The notes: generated by a model not told the origin, from the letters alone. Counted from the first letter of the stretch, positions 10,166-19,308 are shown. The stretch: DNA of 64,000 bases from an uncultured Eubacterium sp. (GCA_944380635.1 CALWID010000001.1:88374-152373), one strand, 5' to 3'. Made by a program: numbers and translations.

Positions 10166-10194
10166 ATATTAACACAGTAAAACTGCTTTGTCAA
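10166..10194 (-). promoter_or_regulatory. Sigma-A promoter of the infC operon
   Basis: TTGACA (10194-10189), 17-nt spacer, TAATAT (10171-10166). Confidence 0.8.
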
Positions 10195-10204
10195 CACAAA
10201 AATA

Positions 10205-10681
10205 TTATTTTTTTGTGTATAGCACATTAAAAAATTTAATGCCGTCTTCCTCGTTTTCGCCGATTACTTCACGAGTATACAGCGATTTATCAAACGAGGG
10301 GAAAAATGTATCTGCCTGCGGACATTCCGCGTCTATCTCAGTTAAGTAAATTTTATCCGCAAGCGGTAAAAACTGAGCGTATATGCGCCCGCCGCCTATA
10401 ACAAATATATTATCGCCTTTTGCGGCGTTCAGCGCCTCATTTACGCTGTGGACAACTTCTGCGCCGTCTATTTTAAGTTCTTTATCCGTTGAAATTACTA
10501 TATTTCTTCTGTTTGGCAAAACTTTCGGCAGCGACTCAAAAGTTTTTCTGCCCATAATAACGGTATTTCCCGTTGTTGTTTCACGGAAAAACTTCATATC
10601 GGCGTGAAAATGCCAGATAAGGTCATTACCCCTGCCTATTTCATTATTTCTGCCTACTGAAAGAATAAGCGATATGCTCAT
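10205..10681 (-). CDS. folA: Dihydrofolate reductase
   Basis: IGRGNDLIWHFHADMKFF, VIMGRKTFES and IGGGRIY motifs; adjacent to thyA. Confidence 0.96.
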   Translation of the reverse strand: MSISLILSVGRNNEIGRGNDLIWHFHADMKFFRETTTGNTVIMGRKTFESLPKVLPNRRNIVISTDKELKIDGAEVVHSVNEALNAAKGDNIFVIGGGRIYAQFLPLADKIYLTEIDAECPQADTFFPSFDKSLYTREVIGENEEDGIKFFNVLYTKK

Positions 10682-10699
10682 ATAATCTCCGCTTTCTTA

Positions 10700-11602
10700 T
10701 CACTGCGATAACGGAAATGAAATTTTTCCGAGATGCTTGTAATCTATAAGTTTTATATCTTTTATATCACGGCTGTTATCAAATTCAAAGAAGTCCTTAA
10801 CCTCGGGATTAAGCCAAAGTTTAGGAGCGGGAAGGTCGCCCTCCTCATTCAGCCTGCGAATCTGCTCTTTAATGCCGTCCACCTGATTTACATAAATATG
10901 AGCGTCTTTAATGCTCCAATCAATAGTGCCGGGCTTAAGCCCGGAAACATGGGCAAGCATTGAAAGCAAAACGGCATACTGAGTAACATTAAAAGGCAGA
11001 CCGAGCGGAACATCGCACGAACGCTGGTGCACCCAACAGTTGAGTTTGCCGTTTGTAACATCCCATTCGCTGCTCCATACGCAACTCGGCAAAACGGCGG
11101 TATCAAGATAATCGTTTTGCCACAAAGTCATTACCATACGGCGGTCCTCAGGGTGATTCTGAATTTTATCTATAAGATTTTGAGTAAGATTGAATTTTTT
11201 AACTATGTAGCCGTATGCCGTGCCGATAGTATGGGCATATTCCCTGCCGAAAAATTTGTGAACTTTCTGTTTAACAAGATTTCCGTTTTCATCCGGCAGA
11301 AGTTGGGTGGCGTTCCAATAGCCGTCCTCGTCTATCTCCCACTCGTTCCATATCTTTACATCGCGTTCCTGAAGCCATCTTACATCATTTGACTGCGCCT
11401 GATATATCCAAAGCATTTCAAGCACTGCCTGCCTTATAAAAAGTTGTTTGGTTGTTAATATGGGAAATTCCTCTTCAAGGTCAAAATGAAAATGATGAGA
11501 AGGCACTTTAATGGAATTTACACCTGTTCTATTTACAACTTCCGTACCCTCGGTGAGTATTCTGCTGCAGAGGGCAAGATAATCTTTATCCCATTTAGAC
11601 AT
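10700..11602 (-). CDS. thyA: Thymidylate synthase
   Basis: LPSCVW catalytic Cys, QRSCDVPLGLPFN and DAHIYVNQ motifs. Confidence 0.97.
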   Translation of the reverse strand: MSKWDKDYLALCSRILTEGTEVVNRTGVNSIKVPSHHFHFDLEEEFPILTTKQLFIRQAVLEMLWIYQAQSNDVRWLQERDVKIWNEWEIDEDGYWNATQLLPDENGNLVKQKVHKFFGREYAHTIGTAYGYIVKKFNLTQNLIDKIQNHPEDRRMVMTLWQNDYLDTAVLPSCVWSSEWDVTNGKLNCWVHQRSCDVPLGLPFNVTQYAVLLSMLAHVSGLKPGTIDWSIKDAHIYVNQVDGIKEQIRRLNEEGDLPAPKLWLNPEVKDFFEFDNSRDIKDIKLIDYKHLGKISFPLSQ

Positions 11603-11623
11603 TGATATTCCTCCAAATACAAA

Positions 11624-12658
11624 TTACTGCCACGGATACTGCTCTTTAAGGCGCTCAAACTCCTCGCCCGTTTCTGCAAAATGAAATTCTCCGTTTAGGT
11701 CAGAAAAGAAATACATATAATTCGTATCGGGATGATTTATTACGGCATCTATAATATTCATACCCGAATTTGCTATGGGCCCGCTTGGCAGCGCCGGGCA
11801 GCGATATGTGTAATACGAGTCATAAGTGCTGCGCGGAAATCCGTAATCAAGCAGTTTCTGAGCGTAATAATAAGTTACATCGCACTGAAGCCGAGTGCCG
11901 CTGTTAAGCCTGTTTATAAGCACGGAAGCGATATTTCGGGCGCTGTTTTCCGTAAGCGCCTCTTCCTGCACTATTGAGCAAAGAGTGATAAATTCGTAAA
12001 GGGTCATATCATTCTGCTCGCAGTAACTGAGCATATCATCGGTAAGGCGGTCGTCAAAAGCGGCAAGCATTTTATCTACCACCACTTCCGCGTCCGTATT
12101 CATACCGAAATCATAAGTTGCCGGGAAAAGAAATCCCTCAAGGATAAAGCCTATATTTTCCCTATCCTGCGGGAAATCGGCAAGCCAGTCATAATCATAC
12201 CCGTCCGTAGTGGACACAGCGTTATAAAAATCCTCTTTTGAGCATATACCGTTTTCCTCAAGAGTTTCGGCAATATCAAAAACATTATAACCTTCAGGTA
12301 TGGCAACGGAAACCACCTGGTGGCTTATATCGGGATTCTGAAGTTTTTGTGCTATTTCCGCATAGCTCATATGCGAATTGAGATAATACTCGCCGTTAAT
12401 ATAAGTAAAATTGGGAAAATGGCTGTCCATCCACATAGACCACACTGAATCATCAACAACTATATCATTATCGCTGAGCATTTTGGAAATCTCATACTGA
12501 AAATCCTGCGGCTCAATAACAAGAGTATATTCCTTTGCCTCGCCGGATTCGGTGCCGTTTATATCCCTTGAAATACGGGTGTAAACAAATGCGCCGGCGG
12601 CGATAAGCGCTATCACAACAACAGCGGCAATTATGACCTTTACGATTTTTTTATTCAT
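11624..12658 (-). CDS. mltG: Endolytic transglycosylase MltG (YceG-like)
   Basis: N-terminal TM helix; IPEGY, LEGFLFPATY, SIVQEEA, LQCD, YNTY-like YYTY and LPSGPIANSG motifs. Confidence 0.88.
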   Translation of the reverse strand: MNKKIVKVIIAAVVVIALIAAGAFVYTRISRDINGTESGEAKEYTLVIEPQDFQYEISKMLSDNDIVVDDSVWSMWMDSHFPNFTYINGEYYLNSHMSYAEIAQKLQNPDISHQVVSVAIPEGYNVFDIAETLEENGICSKEDFYNAVSTTDGYDYDWLADFPQDRENIGFILEGFLFPATYDFGMNTDAEVVVDKMLAAFDDRLTDDMLSYCEQNDMTLYEFITLCSIVQEEALTENSARNIASVLINRLNSGTRLQCDVTYYYAQKLLDYGFPRSTYDSYYTYRCPALPSGPIANSGMNIIDAVINHPDTNYMYFFSDLNGEFHFAETGEEFERLKEQYPWQ

Positions 12659-12672
12659 TACAAATCCTCTGT

Positions 12673-14109
12673 TTATTCAACAACATCCACCTTAAGCATA
12701 TTGGTGGTGCCGCTCTGACCGAGCGGTATGCCGGCGGTGATAACAACTAAATCACCTTTTTTGATATAGCCTGTCTTTTTAGCAACTTCAACCGCGTGAT
12801 TAAACAATTCATCGGTATTTGACTTTTCCTCGCACATAACGGGAAGAACTCCCCACGAAAGATTATTTTGGCGGCGCACCTTTTCGCTTGTTGTGGCGGA
12901 AATAATTAAGCAGTTGGGTCTGTATTTAGAAATCTGCCTTGCAGTATTGCCGCTTTTTGTAACTGTTATTATAGCCGCGGCGTTAAGGTCGTGGGCGGTA
13001 GTTACCGTTGCGTGCGAAATAGCGGAAGTAATATCGCCGGAAAGGTGCTTTTGCGCCTCTTTCTCAAATCTTTCAATATAATTTATATCCTGCTCAGTTG
13101 TACGGGCGATAAGCGCCATTGTTTTAACAGCCTCAACGGGATGAGCGCCCATAGCCGTTTCCCCTGAAAGCATAAGCGCGGAAGTGCCGTCATAAATAGC
13201 GTTTGCAACATCTGTAATTTCCGCTCTTGTGGGGCGGGGATTTTTAATCATTGACTCAAGCATCTGCGTTGCGGTAACAACAATCTTGCCTGCGGCAAAC
13301 ACCTTTTCAATTATCATTTTCTGAATTGAGGGAATCTTTTCAAACGGAATCTCAACGCCCATATCGCCGCGGGCAACCATAATTCCGTCCGCCTCACGAA
13401 TAATATCGTCTATATTTTCGACACCCTCGCTGTTTTCTATCTTTGCAATAATTCTAACATCGTTCCAGCCGAGCGCGTGGCAGTAATTACGCAGATATGC
13501 TATATCCGCGCCGGTGCGGCAGAAAGACGCCGCAATGAAATCAAACCCCATCTGCGCACCGAAATTAAGGTCCTGCATATCCTTATCTGAAATATACGGA
13601 AGTGAAAGCGAAACATTCGGCACATTTACACCCTTATGGTCGGTTACAACGCCGCCGTCTACTACTTTGCACACAATATCGTTATTTTTAATTTCCGTAA
13701 CTTCCATGGCGATAAGGCCGTCGTCAATAAGAATAGTAGTGCCCTTTTTAACCTCTTTCGGCAATCCTTTAAAAGAAACCGAACATCTTTCATTATTGCC
13801 CTTAATATCGTCTGTTGTAAGAGTAAAAATCTGCCCTCTTTTAAGAACTACGCCGCCCTCGTTCTCAAAAGCGCCTATTCTAATCTCCGGTCCTTTAGTA
13901 TCAAGCAGGGTTGCAACGGGAATACCGAGTTGCTTTCTGACTTCAACAACATTTGAAAACCATTTTTCAAACGCGTCATAATCGCCGTGAGAAAAATTAA
14001 ACCTTGCAACATCCATGCCCGCAAGCATAAGTTTTTTAAGCACTTCCTTATCGCAGGACGCAGGCCCGATAGTGCAAATAATCTTAGTTTTTCTTCTGTA
14101 TTCACTCAT
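12673..14109 (-). CDS. pyk: Pyruvate kinase
   Basis: RKTKIICTIGPAS, LDTKGPEIR, MVARGDMGVE and ATQMLESM motifs. Confidence 0.98.
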   Translation of the reverse strand: MSEYRRKTKIICTIGPASCDKEVLKKLMLAGMDVARFNFSHGDYDAFEKWFSNVVEVRKQLGIPVATLLDTKGPEIRIGAFENEGGVVLKRGQIFTLTTDDIKGNNERCSVSFKGLPKEVKKGTTILIDDGLIAMEVTEIKNNDIVCKVVDGGVVTDHKGVNVPNVSLSLPYISDKDMQDLNFGAQMGFDFIAASFCRTGADIAYLRNYCHALGWNDVRIIAKIENSEGVENIDDIIREADGIMVARGDMGVEIPFEKIPSIQKMIIEKVFAAGKIVVTATQMLESMIKNPRPTRAEITDVANAIYDGTSALMLSGETAMGAHPVEAVKTMALIARTTEQDINYIERFEKEAQKHLSGDITSAISHATVTTAHDLNAAAIITVTKSGNTARQISKYRPNCLIISATTSEKVRRQNNLSWGVLPVMCEEKSNTDELFNHAVEVAKKTGYIKKGDLVVITAGIPLGQSGTTNMLKVDVVE

Positions 14110-14317
14110 ATTTGATATGCCTCTTTATCTATAGTTTATTATTCAATGATATTATATCAGCAAATCAAATAAAATCAATATAATAAACGCCAAAAAATTA
14201 TTTTTTTATTGCCGTGATTTTTCCCCCATAACGAAAACTATTTCGGGCAGAAAACAGCGGCAATCAATTCGGTAATTCAGAGCGGAGCGCCGCTCTTTGC
14301 TGTAACGATTATAAAAA

Positions 14318-14367
14318 TATATGGTTTTGGAAAATTTTAAATTTATATGATTTTGGAAAATTTTAAA
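14318..14367. repeat. Tandem 24-bp direct repeat (period 26)
   Basis: TATATGGTTTTGGAAAATTTTAAA (14318-14341) and TATATGATTTTGGAAAATTTTAAA (14344-14367), 1 mismatch. Confidence 0.85.
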
Positions 14368-14391
14368 GCGGGCGGAATAATCCGCCCGCTT
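14366..14391 (-). terminator. Terminator hairpin closing the SCP2/aminotransferase/transketolase operon
   Basis: Perfect 11-bp stem AAGCGGGCGGA/TCCGCCCGCTT, 30 nt past the stop at 14422. Confidence 0.75.
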
Positions 14392-14421
14392 AATTTCATT
14401 AAATAATGAATTAAATATTTA

Positions 14422-15216
14422 TTATCTTGCAAGGTCGCCGACTATCATCATATAATCGCCTATCATTGCGCCGAATTCGGGAGCGCCCTCCATAATAAGC
14501 TGCTTATCCTTAACCATCTGGAGCATATCGCCCGTGCCGAGCAGTATCATAAGAGCGTGCTGGGCTGTATCAAACTTCATGCCGAAAAACGGCTTTGAGC
14601 GTTTATATTCGCCCCTGCCGGCGCGGGATTTGCCCGCTTTTATACGCAGGTATGCCGTACATTCCGGATGGCCTTCAATTTCCCACTGATAAACTCTATC
14701 CGGGCTTTTTGAAGTCCATTCATGAATTTCCGGGTGCCCCATTTTATTTAACTGGCTTATGCCGCTTGAAAGCAGATAGAAATATAATTTGCACAAAAGG
14801 AGAGCAAGAGTTTCGTCTTCCGGCGGTTCTTTTATTCCGAGCAGGCTGCTCATTTTAAGAAGCACCGCCATAAATTTAATAAATTTGGAGAAAGACTTAA
14901 TCTTCATCTTCGGAAGTTTCGTCATATCGCCCTTCATAAAGGCATTCATCTTTTCCATAGATGAAAACTGCAACTCAGCGTCTATTTTCTTTTGACCGAA
15001 ATATTCGCCGAGTTTGCACGACCACTCGCCGTTTTCAACTATAAAATGAACCGCTTCCTTATCCTGCGCGTTTACCATTGCGGACACCTGATAAACAGCG
15101 TCCACGCCCTCAAACTTTTTTGCAAGTTCGGGCACATCGGTGGCAATCGTTTTCATAAGCGGGAGCGCCGCCGCCATAAACACTTTATTTGTATAACGGG
15201 TTACATCGCTTGCCAT
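14422..15216 (-). CDS. Hypothetical protein, probable tandem SCP2 (sterol-carrier/lipid-binding)-like domains
   Basis: Two halves each end in an SCP2-like pattern: AELQFSSMEKMNAFMKGD and FGMKFDTAQHALMILLGTGDMLQMVKDKQLIMEG. Fold recognised by eye only. Confidence 0.6.
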   Translation of the reverse strand: MASDVTRYTNKVFMAAALPLMKTIATDVPELAKKFEGVDAVYQVSAMVNAQDKEAVHFIVENGEWSCKLGEYFGQKKIDAELQFSSMEKMNAFMKGDMTKLPKMKIKSFSKFIKFMAVLLKMSSLLGIKEPPEDETLALLLCKLYFYLLSSGISQLNKMGHPEIHEWTSKSPDRVYQWEIEGHPECTAYLRIKAGKSRAGRGEYKRSKPFFGMKFDTAQHALMILLGTGDMLQMVKDKQLIMEGAPEFGAMIGDYMMIVGDLAR

Positions 15217-15261
15217 AATAACACATTCCTTTCTTGATAAGATTGTAAAGAGAGCGCCTGT

Positions 15262-16275
15262 TTAGAACTCGTCGTCCCAAGCGTCATCCTCTTCAAAATC
15301 CTGATGCATTACTTCGGCAATTGCTTCGGCAATACCGTTTGCGTCTATCTTTGCGAGCGACATAAGATCCTCATGCAGACCGATAGTAGAGAAAGCGTCC
15401 TGATGACCGAGCATCTTAAACGCGCACGCTTTACCGCTTTTTGCCACAACATCGGCAACAGCGGAGCCAAGACCGCCGACAACAGTATGGTCTTCAACCG
15501 TGATAATTCTTCTTGTATCCATAACGGCGGACATAATTGCCTCTTCATCAATAGGCTTAATTGTGTGCATATTGATAACACGAACTTTTATGCCGGCGTC
15601 CGCATTTGCCATTTGAGCCGCCTGCATAGCCTGATATACGCATGAGCCGCAGGCAATAACGGTAATATCCGTGCCCTCGTTCATAATCTTTGCTTTGCCG
15701 ATTTCAAAATCGCAGTCCTCAATATTCTTATAAATAATCTGGTCAAATCCGCGGTTAATTCTGATATAAACCGGGCCGGGATACTCATAAGCCTTTTTAA
15801 CGGCATGATATGTTTCAACACCGTCGCACGGGCAAATAACCGTCATATGAGGAAGGCTTCTCATACAAGCCATATCAATAAGAGAATGGTGAGTTGAGCC
15901 TGCCTGACCGAAAGAAGTGCCGGCGTGGGTTGCTATAATCTTAACCGGAACATTCTGATAGCAAATATCGGTATGTATCTGGTCAAGCGAACGAGCCGCG
16001 GTGAAGATAGCAAATGTTGAGGCGAACGGAATAAGCCCGTTTTTAGCCATACCTGCGGCAACGCCAAACATATTCTGCTCCGCGATACCTACATTGAAAA
16101 ATCTATCCGGGAATTTCTCGCCGAACATACCGATTTTAGTAGATTTAGCAAGGTCGGCGGTAAGGGCAACTACATCCTTATGCTCCTCGCCGAGTTCGCA
16201 AAGCGCCTTTCCGTAATATTCAGCCGTGGAAAGCTGAGTGGTTTCCGTCATTGTATAAGTCATTCCGCTTGCCAT
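15262..16275 (-). CDS. Transketolase-family C-terminal subunit (pyrimidine-binding plus C domain), atypical active site
   Basis: RFFNVGIAEQNM, ADLAKST, GPVYIR, VINMHTIKPID and VEDHTVVGGLG motifs. The canonical GEDGxTHQ reads GQAGSTHH. Confidence 0.93.
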   Translation of the reverse strand: MASGMTYTMTETTQLSTAEYYGKALCELGEEHKDVVALTADLAKSTKIGMFGEKFPDRFFNVGIAEQNMFGVAAGMAKNGLIPFASTFAIFTAARSLDQIHTDICYQNVPVKIIATHAGTSFGQAGSTHHSLIDMACMRSLPHMTVICPCDGVETYHAVKKAYEYPGPVYIRINRGFDQIIYKNIEDCDFEIGKAKIMNEGTDITVIACGSCVYQAMQAAQMANADAGIKVRVINMHTIKPIDEEAIMSAVMDTRRIITVEDHTVVGGLGSAVADVVAKSGKACAFKMLGHQDAFSTIGLHEDLMSLAKIDANGIAEAIAEVMHQDFEEDDAWDDEF

Positions 16276-16278
16276 AGC

Positions 16279-17172
16279 TTACGCCTCCTTTTCCGCGCGA
16301 GCCACACGAGCCGCGTAATATTTATCAAGACTGTCATAGCACATTTTTGTTTTTTCATCATCAAGCGCGCCGTAATGCCAGTGATAATCATCTTCCATAA
16401 AGTTGATTCCGGCGCCTTTAATAGTATCCATAACGATACAATAAGGCTTATCTCCGCCGTTTTTATGGTTGTTGATAGCGTTTTCGATAGCGCCGTTAAG
16501 TTCTTTCATATTTTGGCCGTCAACACGCTCAACAAGGAAGCCGAAAGCCTCAAACTTCTTATCAATCGGCTCAACTTTCATTTCGTCGTCAACTCTGCCG
16601 TCTATCATGCACTTATTATTATCAACAAGCACAACAACATTTGAGAGTTTAAACTGCGCGGCAGTCATAGCAGCCTCCCAGTTGGAGCCTTCGTTAAGTT
16701 CGCCGTCGCCGGTAAGAACATAGTTCATATAGTCTATGCCCTTAACTCTGCCGGCAAGGGCAAATCCGCAGGCAAGCGACATACCGTGGCCGAGCGAACC
16801 GCTTGAGCAGTCCACGCCTTTAATCTTATTGCAGTCAAGGTGCATACCGAAAAGCGAACCGGTAAGGTTGAAATTATGAAGACCTTCAACATCCATAAAT
16901 CCGTAATCGCAGATAACGGGGCCGTAACCAACAGCGGCATGACCCTTGGAAAGAATAAATCTGTCCCTATCCTCCATATCCGGATTATTGACATCGAGTT
17001 TCATAAAGCGGTGATAAAGAATAGTCATAGCGTCCATAGCGCTCATTGCGCCGCCTATGTGGCCTGAGCCGCCCCAAACGGTAGTCTGAACGGTAAGGCG
17101 CCTGAGTTCATCCGCCTTTTTTTCAAGGCGGAGCCATTCTTCTTTATCAAATGGCTTGTAATTTGCTGGCAT
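16279..17172 (-). CDS. Transketolase-family N-terminal (ThDP-binding) subunit
   Basis: GHIGG, DRFILSKGH, SGSLGHG and the ThDP motif GDGELNEGSNWEA...DNN. Confidence 0.94.
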   Translation of the reverse strand: MPANYKPFDKEEWLRLEKKADELRRLTVQTTVWGGSGHIGGAMSAMDAMTILYHRFMKLDVNNPDMEDRDRFILSKGHAAVGYGPVICDYGFMDVEGLHNFNLTGSLFGMHLDCNKIKGVDCSSGSLGHGMSLACGFALAGRVKGIDYMNYVLTGDGELNEGSNWEAAMTAAQFKLSNVVVLVDNNKCMIDGRVDDEMKVEPIDKKFEAFGFLVERVDGQNMKELNGAIENAINNHKNGGDKPYCIVMDTIKGAGINFMEDDYHWHYGALDDEKTKMCYDSLDKYYAARVARAEKEA

Positions 17173-17213
17173 AAATTTACCTCCTTAAATAAATAACCGA
17201 ATAATTCTTACGA

Positions 17214-18488
17214 TTATTTGAGTCCCTCAATTTCCGGATGCCTTTCAGCAACAACGCCGAAAGCATCCTCAGCAATATCAACAGCAAGTTTAACATCATC
17301 AGGCGTTATAGCGGCATTGATGAAATGATTGTGGTGAGAAGCAAGGAAAAGTCCCCTTGAAACACATTCCGCAATCCATTCCTGATGAAGCATAAGGCTG
17401 TCGTCATTCGCAATTCTTAAATAGAACAGAGCCGGCTCGCCGGAAACAATAAGATTAAATCCGTGCTCCTCGGCGGCTTTTGTAAAGCCCTGAGTAACTT
17501 CAGTGCCGATTTTTCTGAACAGATTAGGCACATCAAGTTTTTTCATTTTATTGATACACGCGATACAAGCCGCGAACGGCTCAGCGCTCATCCAATATGA
17601 GCCCGTATATGTAACTGAAGACGCAGTGGATTTCATATGTTCGCCGCCGCATACAGCGGACATATTATAGCCGTTTGCAAGCGCTTTACAGAAGCAGATA
17701 AGGTCTGCTTTAATGCCATAATAATGGTCTGAACCGGCAAGGTCAAGCCTGAAGCCCGTGCGCACATCATCAAAGATAAGCACCATACCGTGCTCGTCGC
17801 AGAATTTACGCACTGCCTGCCAATAATCCTTGGTGGCGCACTCGTTATCCTTGAAATTGCCGTGGTCATAAGGCTGAGCGATAAGACCGGCAACATCGCC
17901 GCCGCACTCATCATAAGCCTGCTGAAGAGCGTCCAAGTCAAACCACGGGATAACAACATTATTTGCAACTTCCTCCGGCAGGATACCGGGGTAATCCACT
18001 TTCTGAGCCCACTGGAAATCGCCGTGATAATATCCCTGAAGGAAAAACATTTTCTTTTTGCCGGTATGCGCTCTTGCGCACATAACTGAAAAAGTGGTGG
18101 CGTCTGAGCCGTTTTTCATAAAGAAAGCCCAGTCCGCGCTGGCAACGGTATCTTTAAGAAGTTCCGCGCACTCAACCATTTTATATGACGGTGAAGTGGT
18201 GCAGTTGCCGCGCTTTAACTGCTCAATCGCGGCGGCGTCTACATCATCATCGCAGTAACCGAGAACATTCGGGCCGTAAGCGCACATAAAATCAAGATAT
18301 TTATTGCCGTCCACATCCCAAAAATATGTACCTTTGGCATGGTCGCTCATAAGCGGCCATTTTGTAATGGGAAGGAAAAGACCTTCGCTTGGGCCAAGGT
18401 GGCCGTATACGCCGGATGGTATAGCCGCAAGCGCCCTTTTAAACCATTCCTGGCTTTTTTCGTGTTTATATTCTGGAAATTTACTCAT
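17214..18488 (-). CDS. Class III PLP aminotransferase, FumI-like subfamily
   Basis: DFMCAYGPNVLGY, KNGSDAT, FDDVRTGFR and PLP lysine in DLICFCKALANG. Start moved to MSKFP at 18488 (AAGGAGG upstream); the ORF track starts at 18557. Confidence 0.88.
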   Translation of the reverse strand: MSKFPEYKHEKSQEWFKRALAAIPSGVYGHLGPSEGLFLPITKWPLMSDHAKGTYFWDVDGNKYLDFMCAYGPNVLGYCDDDVDAAAIEQLKRGNCTTSPSYKMVECAELLKDTVASADWAFFMKNGSDATTFSVMCARAHTGKKKMFFLQGYYHGDFQWAQKVDYPGILPEEVANNVVIPWFDLDALQQAYDECGGDVAGLIAQPYDHGNFKDNECATKDYWQAVRKFCDEHGMVLIFDDVRTGFRLDLAGSDHYYGIKADLICFCKALANGYNMSAVCGGEHMKSTASSVTYTGSYWMSAEPFAACIACINKMKKLDVPNLFRKIGTEVTQGFTKAAEEHGFNLIVSGEPALFYLRIANDDSLMLHQEWIAECVSRGLFLASHHNHFINAAITPDDVKLAVDIAEDAFGVVAERHPEIEGLK

Positions 18489-18507
18489 ATCCGTAACATC
18501 CTCCTTA

Positions 18508-19272
18508 TCAGCCGAGATAAACTGCAACTCTGTCAAGAATTCTGTTGAGATTATCAACCATTGAAATCATACCGGACATATAAATATTGCCCTCGCAGAG
18601 TTCCGCAATAGTGGACGCAGTTCCGTTAAACAAGCCGTGCGCAAGTTCTATGCTTGCAAATTCCATAATTGCCCTGGGGTTTGACGGCTTTTTCTTAATA
18701 GTGGTGAAGTGGTGGTTTTTAACTTGAATTGCCGCATAGCATTTATCTTTAATGCCCATAGAAACAACGCCGTCCACCGTGCTTTTTGCGGTAAACATTG
18801 AAATTGAATCCGAATTGGCAAGCGCTGAAATAGCGCCGGCAATTGTGTAGAAAGTGAGAATGGTGGATTCCTCAAAGAACGCCTTATCTTTTAAATCCTC
18901 TTCACTCGGCCTTAGAAGTTTTGTAAGCCTGTCAGTAAGTTTAGTGAATGTGCCTAACAGGAAAGACAGAACCTGCACAACACCTTTTGTGGGGATACCC
19001 GGCTTAGCGCTGTCTATAAGCGCATTGAATTTTTCCGGTGAAGAAAAGTTCATTTTGCAGGTGCAGCCTGCCGAGCCTTCCCTGAATTTACAGCCGCTTT
19101 TTGTAAAATGGAATGTGCCGCACGGCCCGTTTGCAACATCAAAGCACAGAGAAACGGGCGATTTCATTGCTGCAAGGATATTCTTTGCCTCATCGTCTAT
19201 TTCGCAGAGATTTTCAAGCGTTGCCAGAACGCCGTACATATTCACATATGCCATTGCTTTTGCTTCAGTCAA
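18508..19272 (-). CDS. Hypothetical protein, probable tandem SCP2-like domains (distant paralog of 14422-15216)
   Basis: TTG start after GGAGG. SCP2-like ends: CKMNFSSPEKFNALID and RAIMEFASIELAHGLFNGTASTIAELCEGNIYMSG. Confidence 0.6.
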   Translation of the reverse strand: MTEAKAMAYVNMYGVLATLENLCEIDDEAKNILAAMKSPVSLCFDVANGPCGTFHFTKSGCKFREGSAGCTCKMNFSSPEKFNALIDSAKPGIPTKGVVQVLSFLLGTFTKLTDRLTKLLRPSEEDLKDKAFFEESTILTFYTIAGAISALANSDSISMFTAKSTVDGVVSMGIKDKCYAAIQVKNHHFTTIKKKPSNPRAIMEFASIELAHGLFNGTASTIAELCEGNIYMSGMISMVDNLNRILDRVAVYLG

Positions 19273-19308
19273 AACAATTCCTCCTTTAAAGCAAAATTAC
19301 ACAAAATA

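Noticed and set aside
17214-18488. Calling the aminotransferase hemL
   Set aside because: DDVR instead of DEV, a CKALANG lysine context, and no hem genes in the window.
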